Below, piece by piece: positions 56,048 through 62,443 of a stretch of DNA of 62,443 nucleotides. This stretch comes from a virus (taxonomy: Duplodnaviria > Caudoviricetes). The notes below the pieces were generated by a model. The model had not been told where the DNA came from. It saw only the letters and a list, made by a program, of their open reading frames with translations, and did no database searches. How positions within the stretch are numbered: position 1 is the first letter of the stretch; every line of letters starts with the position of its first letter. The stretch covers positions 1 through 62,443 of IMG/VR virus record IMGVR_UViG_3300042890_000585. One strand, 5' to 3'. Made by a program: the position numbers and the translations under genes.

Positions 56048-57304
56048 ATGGAAAACGAAAACGAAAAAGCAGAATCCAGTGTTACTGGATACGGAAACCC
56101 ATCATTGGATGCAGATCCGATTGATGAATCAACTGAATCGCAAATTGATGCATTGCTTGACGATGCATTGAGTGGAGTTGAGCCAGTGTTTGCAGAAGAA
56201 CCTGAATCAAGCGAAACGGAGGAAATTGAACCAATCGAGGAAACGCGAGAGGTTGCTGAATCTACGGAACATTCTGATACTCCAGAAGCACCTTTAACTC
56301 CAGAGGTCGAACTGGATCCAGAAATTGCGTCAATCGAGCAACCCCGCAATCTCTCTGAGGTTAATCGCTCCAACTGGAGAAAGTTGCAAGAGACAGCATC
56401 CACATACAAGAAGCAAGCCGAGGAAACAGAGCAACTGCGGCAACGTGTTGTGGAGATGGAATCACGGCAGCAGGAATTCAAAGCACCTGATGACTACGAC
56501 GAGTTGAAAAAATTCCGTGCAATCTTCGACATCAAGAATGATCCAGAATTCCAATCGAAATACAATCAGCCAATTCAGTCTGCTAAAGAGAACATCTACA
56601 ATATCCTCCGTAAAAACGGAGCGAGTGAAGATGTGATTGAATCTATTGAAAAAGCAGGTGGGCCTGATGCAGTTGATCAAGGTTGGTGGAAAAACAACGC
56701 AATTGACAAGTTGCCACTTACTGATTCGGAACGTCTTAAACGCAACCTTGTTGATGTTGTTGACCTAAAAGAGAAGCAAGAACAAGAAATTGAAAATGCC
56801 GCTCAAAATGCGGAGCAGATTCTTGAGCAAAGGGAGCAAGAGAAGGGTAAGTGGTATCACCAAGAGGTGGAGCAGATCGATAGACACATCGATGACCTAA
56901 CAAAAGAGTTGCCGTGGGCTAGGTATGCAGAAGCACCGAAAGATGCAACTCCAGAAAAGCTACAACAGGTTCAAAGGCACAACGCGCAGGTGCAATCCCT
57001 TGCTGAGAAGTTTAACTCTGCCCTGTGGCCCACCAACGCGCAAGAACGGGCTAATGTTGCAGCGGCAGCAGTGTTCTCTCACGTCCTAACGGAGCAACTG
57101 CGGGTTGAGCAAGAGGGAAAATCAAAATACATGGCAGAGCTAAAAGCACTGCGTGAGGAGAACAATAATCTCAAGGGTGCAGGTAAGATGCCAAAACAGA
57201 CCATCACTGGTCAGCATAGTATCAAATCCAGCCTCAATGACAGATTGAAGATGAATTCTATGGATGCCATTGATCTTGGGCTTGATGAAGCACTAGGTGG
57301 TTAA
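56048..57304 (+). CDS. Putative scaffolding protein
   Basis: Acidic N-terminus and coiled coils, located between portal and MCP. Confidence 0.6.
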   Translation: MENENEKAESSVTGYGNPSLDADPIDESTESQIDALLDDALSGVEPVFAEEPESSETEEIEPIEETREVAESTEHSDTPEAPLTPEVELDPEIASIEQPRNLSEVNRSNWRKLQETASTYKKQAEETEQLRQRVVEMESRQQEFKAPDDYDELKKFRAIFDIKNDPEFQSKYNQPIQSAKENIYNILRKNGASEDVIESIEKAGGPDAVDQGWWKNNAIDKLPLTDSERLKRNLVDVVDLKEKQEQEIENAAQNAEQILEQREQEKGKWYHQEVEQIDRHIDDLTKELPWARYAEAPKDATPEKLQQVQRHNAQVQSLAEKFNSALWPTNAQERANVAAAAVFSHVLTEQLRVEQEGKSKYMAELKALREENNNLKGAGKMPKQTITGQHSIKSSLNDRLKMNSMDAIDLGLDEALGG

Positions 57305-57375
57305 AGTATACTAAAGTTATACAGTTATACACAAAAGCATATATAACTTAATATAGTTAAAGCCACATTATATCT

Positions 57376-58365
57376 ATGGAACCAAAAGTTTCACCTGACG
57401 AGCGCATCACAATGAATGCATTGGATTCTTTCGATCCATTTGCAAGACAAGGACAAGTTCAGAAACCACAACCACAACCAGAAATAAATAAAGAACAACG
57501 AGACTTTTCACATCTCAACGAACCTATGATCAAATTAGACAGAAAACCTAAACGCAGACGTAAACAAGTTCCCAAGGTGCTAGAAAAGATGGAATTACCA
57601 ACTCCAGAAGAAATTAAACAACCGATTATCGAAGATGTTGCCGAAAAAGTACAGTTTAATGATACTCTACAGTCAAATATTGTAGAATCCCGAACCAATG
57701 AGGGGTTGCCATCGTATCGTGCAGAGTTTGCAGGAAGGGACATTTTCGTTGGTTTTTCGGCTAATAAAGCTACAAATCCCATCACTACGCTCGCTTTAAT
57801 CAACATTGCGCTTGATTTCGGACGGGATAAGATCCGATTTGACGTTTCTAGCGACGAAAATAATTTTTATAAGTCAAGAAATGATCTTGCGGAGAAATTC
57901 CTAGCCACGGACTCAAAATGGTTGCTGTTGTTGGACAATAATATCATCCCATCCATCGGTAGACCGCAGTGGGCAAAGGCAACAATTGGTGCTGCTCGAA
58001 ATATCCACGATTCGCACCTCCAGAAGCACATTGTGCATCGTTTAATTGGCGCAGGGAAGTCTCTTGTTGGTGCAGCGTACTTTGCTAACTTGGATGACGC
58101 TTCAATCGACTGTTCAAAGTCAGATTTGGGTAAAAAAGCACGGGTCTGCACGGATTCCGTTGAGGCAGTTGACTGGGTGGGTAGTGGATGCCTGTTAATC
58201 CATCGTCGGGTGTTTCAGGATATCAAGAAAAAGTTCCCTGATATCAAACATGGAGCATTTTACCCTGACGATATTTCATTCTGCAAAAAGGCAATGGAAG
58301 CAGGGCATCAACCGCACATTGATTTGGGTGTTCCAGTATTCAACGTAGGAATTAAGGCATACTAA
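57376..58365 (+). CDS. GT-A (GT2-like) glycosyltransferase-like protein with a low-complexity N-terminus
   Basis: SRNDLAEKFL...WLLLLDNN, VDWVGSGCLLIHRRVF and DDISFC. Confidence 0.7.
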   Translation: MEPKVSPDERITMNALDSFDPFARQGQVQKPQPQPEINKEQRDFSHLNEPMIKLDRKPKRRRKQVPKVLEKMELPTPEEIKQPIIEDVAEKVQFNDTLQSNIVESRTNEGLPSYRAEFAGRDIFVGFSANKATNPITTLALINIALDFGRDKIRFDVSSDENNFYKSRNDLAEKFLATDSKWLLLLDNNIIPSIGRPQWAKATIGAARNIHDSHLQKHIVHRLIGAGKSLVGAAYFANLDDASIDCSKSDLGKKARVCTDSVEAVDWVGSGCLLIHRRVFQDIKKKFPDIKHGAFYPDDISFCKKAMEAGHQPHIDLGVPVFNVGIKAY

Positions 58366-58958
58366 TGAAACCAAAAATCTATTCATATTACGAGAGTGTG
58401 CAACTGCGTCCACAGGACGAACAGTTTGCTTGTGCAAACGTGTGGAAATCGACTTGGGAAGCTCAAGGATGGGAACCAGTGATGCTGAATAGGTCACACG
58501 CGCAAGGATCCCCTCTCCACCTCAAGCTAATGACGAAATTAACTCGACTCGCTCCAGTTCTCCCCAACGAGTTGCAAAATAATTTTGCTTTCATTTGCGC
58601 TCGTTTTTCGCGTTGGTGTGCGCTTCATGCTGCTGGTGGTGGATGGATGAGTGATTATGATGTTGCTAATATTTCATTCACTCCGCAACTCGCTGAAGAG
58701 GTTGAAAAGACTGGATCATTACTTCTTTTGTCTGGGAAACCATCATATATCTTCCATACAACTAAAGAAATGTGCGCTCACGTCATAAACACAATACTTT
58801 CCAATGATCTTCATGTGGGTGGAGTGTTAAAAAATGATGATGCTATTTTTAACGAATCTGGGAAGCTGGATAAAATCGAAGCGAATTTAATTCACGCAAA
58901 ACTAGAGAATAATATTCCGAAATCTCAGTACCTAAAAAATATTTTAAATATTATTTGA
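58365..58958 (+). CDS. DxD glycosyltransferase-like protein (GT32/sugar-binding type)
   Basis: RWCALHAAGGGWMSDYDV. Confidence 0.6.
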   Translation: MKPKIYSYYESVQLRPQDEQFACANVWKSTWEAQGWEPVMLNRSHAQGSPLHLKLMTKLTRLAPVLPNELQNNFAFICARFSRWCALHAAGGGWMSDYDVANISFTPQLAEEVEKTGSLLLLSGKPSYIFHTTKEMCAHVINTILSNDLHVGGVLKNDDAIFNESGKLDKIEANLIHAKLENNIPKSQYLKNILNII

Positions 58959-59171
58959 CAATGTTTTTATAATAACGTAAAAGGGAATCAACTCGACGTG
59001 CCAGATTCGTTATTCTGGTGACTCTGTAGAAGTCAAAAAATCTGCAATCAGGCCGAATAAAGCCCAACGTGCCGGGGCAACAAAAACAAGAAACAAATCG
59101 TCAAGAACCGATAGCGGATCTTTTCGTCTTGAATGTTGCCCGAAAGATTTTCTTGAGGGAGTTCAAGCAGA
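58955..59171 (+). ncRNA. Candidate promoter plus highly structured leader RNA upstream of MCP
   Basis: TTGACA at 58955; helices ccaga/tctgg, tgact/agtca, tctgc/gcaga, gggcaaca/tgttgccc, tcaaga/tcttga and cttga/tcaag. Confidence 0.5.
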
Positions 59172-59212
59172 ACAACCAAACCAAACAAACAATTAATTAG
59201 AAAACTAAAATT

Positions 59213-60400
59213 ATGGCAGCAGAATGTATCTCACTAGCCGCGATTCAAAACTTTGCAAGCAAAGACGTAAATCGCATCATCGGACAAATCGGACGAGTTC
59301 TCGCCCGCAAGTCCCCTTATATCAACTCCATCGATGGTGGAACGCTTCCTAACGTCTCTGACGTTGTTCGTAGCGTTGTCGAAGAAATGGCAGTCCCTGC
59401 CGCTTCTCTCGCTGCTCCTACCTTCGTTAACGACACCACCCTCTGCGGTGTTGGAGCAACCCCTGACGTTGTTGGCTCGACTGAGTATCAGTTCCAACTC
59501 CAGACCCTTCGTGGTGCTGGCCCACGTGTTTGCGTAAAGCAAGCCCGTACCGCATTCAAAGGTTCTTACCTCCAAGCTCAAGTATCGCTTGAAAAGACGA
59601 TTCTCCAGCTTATCAACGCTGATATTCGTTATCAATACTTGATTCAGTCTGGTATTAAGTATGTAGTGGATTCCACTGCTACTTTCTCTGCTAACTTGAC
59701 TGGTGATATGCAGCAAATCAACACCCTGTTTGCAGCTAAGGTTCCTGACGCTCCCATGAACTTCAAGACCCTCTACAAACTCGGCACGTTCCTGCGGGAA
59801 GAGATGCTTGCTGAACCATTCGCTACCTCTGAGGGTGAATTCTTCCAAGTTATCGCTAGCGCAGACCAGATCGAGAATTTCCGCAACGATGCGGACGTTA
59901 AGGAAGATTTGATCGGTCTTACGACTGGTTCGTTCAAACTTGGTGAGACTGCAATCAGCGGTTACTCCTTCCAAGGTTATCGTGGTTTCGCATTCGGTAT
60001 TGATCAACAACCCCTTCGCGCAACCGCGAATGTCGCTGGTGTTCTTACCCTTGTTAACCCAATCGTCAGCACTGCCGTAACGAATGGTTTCGCGCAACGC
60101 CGTAACCCAGCATGGGTTGCTGCCGATTACGAAGTCATGTTTGTGATCGCTGGCAATGCGTTCAAGCGTCTCGTACCCGAAAGCTACGTTGGAGAAGGAA
60201 CATTCCGTTTCGCTCCTCAGTTGGCTATGGGTGAACTGGAGTGGACATACTTCCGCGACAACGATTGTAACTTGTATGGTGACTTCGGTCAGCACATCTA
60301 TCAAATCCAACGCGCTATTCAGCCAATCCGCCCACAGAATGTTGTGGCGATTGTCTACAAGCGTTGCCAAGATAATGTGAATCCAGCACCTTGCGTCTAA
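59213..60400 (+). CDS. Major capsid protein
   Basis: 395 aa, strong high-expression codon bias, after the scaffold and followed by a hairpin. Confidence 0.8.
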   Translation: MAAECISLAAIQNFASKDVNRIIGQIGRVLARKSPYINSIDGGTLPNVSDVVRSVVEEMAVPAASLAAPTFVNDTTLCGVGATPDVVGSTEYQFQLQTLRGAGPRVCVKQARTAFKGSYLQAQVSLEKTILQLINADIRYQYLIQSGIKYVVDSTATFSANLTGDMQQINTLFAAKVPDAPMNFKTLYKLGTFLREEMLAEPFATSEGEFFQVIASADQIENFRNDADVKEDLIGLTTGSFKLGETAISGYSFQGYRGFAFGIDQQPLRATANVAGVLTLVNPIVSTAVTNGFAQRRNPAWVAADYEVMFVIAGNAFKRLVPESYVGEGTFRFAPQLAMGELEWTYFRDNDCNLYGDFGQHIYQIQRAIQPIRPQNVVAIVYKRCQDNVNPAPCV

Positions 60401-60414
60401 GTTAGATTGATATC

Positions 60415-60446
60415 GGTGGCAGAGTTAATAACTTGACTCTGCCACC
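60415..60446 (+). terminator. Strong stem-loop after MCP
   Basis: ggtggcagagtta / tgactctgccacc; weak U-tract. Confidence 0.55.
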
Positions 60447-60469
60447 TCACCAGTTTAACATTCACACAT

Positions 60470-60733
60470 ATGGACGATATCCCTTCAATTCTCGACACAG
60501 CAAAATTCCGTCATTTGGTGCTTGATGGGGTTTCTAATATCGCTAACTCTATTCAAGGATTTCAAATCCCAGAATACGATTCACTCGCATTGACTTACTA
60601 TGGTTCGACAAACAATATCGCAACTGTAGCTTACAGCAAAGAATCAGTTGTTGTTGCAACATTAACATTGACATATTCCGTGCAGCCTCCTACTGTAAAT
60701 GACGCAAATTTAGTAATGGTGAGCATAGCATAA
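60470..60733 (+). CDS. Small virion (head fibre anchor-like) protein
   Basis: GFQIPEYDSLALTY...VATLTLTY. Confidence 0.65.
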   Translation: MDDIPSILDTAKFRHLVLDGVSNIANSIQGFQIPEYDSLALTYYGSTNNIATVAYSKESVVVATLTLTYSVQPPTVNDANLVMVSIA

Positions 60734-60734
60734 T

Positions 60735-60908
60735 ATGGCAGTTAGATTCAATCCATTTACTGGCAGTCTAGACTTTAGTCCTAGCTCTTCGCTTACAATT
60801 AGTGAGGATGGAGCACTTCCTAATGGAAATCAAGTTGCTCAAATCCAAAGTGGTGAACTTACAAATGTAGCTGAAATTGATGCTGGAGAATATAGTCCAG
60901 CACCTTAA
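60735..60908 (+). CDS. Small adaptor-like protein (57 aa, not in ORF track)
   Basis: MAVRFNPFTGSLDF...EIDAGEYSPAP shares its N-motif with the 1090 gene and its C-motif with the 60970 gene. Confidence 0.65.
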   Translation: MAVRFNPFTGSLDFSPSSSLTISEDGALPNGNQVAQIQSGELTNVAEIDAGEYSPAP

Positions 60909-60969
60909 AACTTTCTGAATAACCAGAAAAACCAAAAAACAAAACAAAACAAAAAAACAATAAAAAACT

Positions 60970-61587
60970 ATGGCAAATCCAATCCTTCGCATTAAACGTG
61001 GTTCATCGACCCCAGCAAGTCTGTCTTCTGGTGAGTTGGCAATGGATCTATCAAATCTCAGCCTTTTCGTAGGCCAAGCTGACGGAACTCCACTCGCTAT
61101 TGGCGGTTCTGGCACGTTCGCTACCAAATCATATGCTGATGCCGCTGTTTCTGCTGCAAACTCGACTCTTACTGCCGCTATTGCCGCAGAAGAAGCCGCT
61201 CGTATTGCCGCTGACGGCACATTGACATCGGCAGTTTCAGCAGAGGTTTCCCGGGCTACTGCCGCTGAAGGTGTTATCGCTTCCGACCTCGCTACTGAGA
61301 CAAGCAACCGCACCAGTGGTGATTCGGCCCTCGATGGCAAAATCACAACTGAGAAAAACCGCATCGACGCAATTCTTTCTGCCGCTGACGCAGACAAGGA
61401 TAGCTTTGCTGAAATCGTTTCCTTAATCAATTCTGTTGATACTGCTAACGACTCTGCCTTCGCTGGTTATGTCATTAGCAATGACGCTGCTTTGGCCGCA
61501 GAAGTTTCTGCTCGTCAATCGGCTGATTCGGCTCTCGATTCGCGCGTAACTGCTCTCGAAACCACCATTGATGGTGGAACTTACTAG
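60970..61587 (+). CDS. Fibre protein: Mtd-N-like domain plus Ala-rich coiled coil
   Basis: ILRIKRG...LSSGELA, ExxARxxAD heptads, DSFAEI and IDGGTY. Confidence 0.75.
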   Translation: MANPILRIKRGSSTPASLSSGELAMDLSNLSLFVGQADGTPLAIGGSGTFATKSYADAAVSAANSTLTAAIAAEEAARIAADGTLTSAVSAEVSRATAAEGVIASDLATETSNRTSGDSALDGKITTEKNRIDAILSAADADKDSFAEIVSLINSVDTANDSAFAGYVISNDAALAAEVSARQSADSALDSRVTALETTIDGGTY

Positions 61588-61602
61588 TCCCTAAACTAAA
61601 GT

Positions 61603-61630
61603 CCTCTAGGGGGATCAAAACCCCTAGAGG
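61603..61630 (+). terminator. Intergenic stem-loop
   Basis: cctctagggg / cccctagagg. Confidence 0.45.
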
Positions 61631-61644
61631 CATCCCATTCTATA

Positions 61645-62235
61645 ATGGCTAATCCAATCATAGTCCCTAAAAAAAGCACAATTGCTGCACGGGTTCCTGC
61701 AAACGCAGACCTTGCATCTGGTGAGATTTGCATAAATCACGCCGATAAAAAACTTTACGCCAAGCATCCATCTACGGGTGCAATCCAAGAAATTGGTGGT
61801 ATGTCTGTGCATTCGCACGACGAAATTTATTCTCCTGATAGCAGTCAGGTTTTAGAACTGCAAAACAACAGCAACCTCACCATAACGGCAGGAGGTGCTA
61901 CAAAGACTTTTACGCTTCCTAGTGCATCTGGGACGCTTGCAACATTAGGTGACATTACTGGAAGTGTTGCTGGAGTCACTTCAGTTAATACTCGCACGGG
62001 TGCGGTGACGATTGATAAAACAGATGTTGGTCTTGGCAATGCGGACAACACCTCGGATGCCAATAAACCAATTTCAACTGCTACACAGACTGCTTTAAAC
62101 GGCAAGATTGGTAGCAACATAAGTGGAGCAACAGGAGCAACAGCATTGACAAACATGATGCAAATCACTTTGGCAGGGTATAACGCTCTTGGGGCTGGCA
62201 TTAACGCAAACACAGTTTACATAATTGTAGGATGA
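61645..62235 (+). CDS. Fibre protein with Mtd-N-like domain and VTSVNxxTG / VGLGNADNTSD repeats
   Basis: DLASGEICIN, VTSVNTRTGAVT, DVGLGNADNTSDANKP and C-terminal NTVYIIVG. Confidence 0.75.
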   Translation: MANPIIVPKKSTIAARVPANADLASGEICINHADKKLYAKHPSTGAIQEIGGMSVHSHDEIYSPDSSQVLELQNNSNLTITAGGATKTFTLPSASGTLATLGDITGSVAGVTSVNTRTGAVTIDKTDVGLGNADNTSDANKPISTATQTALNGKIGSNISGATGATALTNMMQITLAGYNALGAGINANTVYIIVG

Positions 62236-62443
62236 TTTTAACTAATTCCAGTGCGGCAAATGTAGGCGCAAGCAATGTAACTGCAATTGCATCTGCAACG
62301 GCATCTTTCCGTCAACTCATGTGCTATTTAAGCACGACTATCTCCACCGCATTGACAGGCACAAGAGGGCTAATTAAAAACGGGGTTGGTCAATTAACTC
62401 TATCTGGCACTTGCAATTATACAGGGCCAACGCAAATTAACGC
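62232..62443 (+). CDS. 5' part of the PATR-repeat fibre gene (continues at the window start)
   Basis: MILTNSSAANVGASNVTAIA...MCYLSTT is in frame with ORF 66-845 through the terminal overlap. Confidence 0.8.
   Translation, partial: MILTNSSAANVGASNVTAIASATASFRQLMCYLSTTISTALTGTRGLIKNGVGQLTLSGTCNYTGPTQIN
62317..62443. repeat. 127-bp exact terminal direct repeat (copy 2)
   Basis: Identical to 64-190. Confidence 0.9.

Larger units (their letters stand above)
1..62443 (+). mobile_element. Near-complete circularly permuted tailed bacteriophage genome (podovirus-like, unit length about 62,253 bp)
   Basis: TerL, portal, MCP, tail, lysis and replication modules are all present. Terminal overlap 64-190 = 62317-62443. 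Gene layout is unidirectional. Confidence 0.95.

Noticed and set aside
57301-57360. Short AT-rich repeats (agttataca x2, tataact) between scaffold and GT genes
   Set aside because: Too short and AT-rich to distinguish from chance without homologues.
59234-60370. 378-aa antisense ORF opposite the major capsid gene
   Set aside because: In-register shadow ORF expected from the strong codon bias of a highly expressed gene; no protein-like motifs or start context.
60768-61430. 220-aa minus-strand ORF
   Set aside because: Shadow of the Ala-rich fibre gene 60970-61587; its C-terminal part is just the reverse of an A-rich leader.

Overview
The window looks like an essentially complete, circularly permuted dsDNA tailed-phage genome of about 62.25 kb. 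Bases 64-190 are repeated exactly at 62317-62443, and nearly all credible genes lie on the + strand. The architecture is podovirus-like. In order it carries head/tail fibre genes with collagen (G-A-T) and autotransporter-type repeats, a lysis cassette, tail spike, adaptor and nozzle genes, ejection (internal virion) proteins including a 2511-aa polyvalent protein, small early genes, ERF and Cas4-like recombination genes, an initiator and DnaB helicase, SSB, RusA, TerS, GT4/methyltransferase/MazG/dCMP deaminase, TerL, portal, scaffold, two glycosyltransferase-like genes and the major capsid protein. I saw no integrase, repressor, DNA/RNA polymerase, tRNA or CRISPR array. SD-poor A-rich gene starts and PATR repeats suggest a Verrucomicrobiota/PVC-type host (inference). 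The most notable observations are: (1) a RusA resolvase whose N- and C-terminal halves appear to sit in two overlapping reading frames; (2) a class 3 (Ala1, W-C-T) LAGLIDADG intein inside the CHAP endolysin; (3) an HNH endonuclease insertion that carries a recoded duplicate of its target gene's 3' end; (4) repeat-delimited in-frame modules (FMPA junctions) in the giant ejected protein; (5) MGG...FGGx ejection proteins interleaved with a PAPS-reductase-like and a YkgJ enzyme; (6) tRNA T-arm-like hairpins between early gene cassettes; (7) several candidate structured RNAs. All family assignments are from motif recognition by eye, not database searches.
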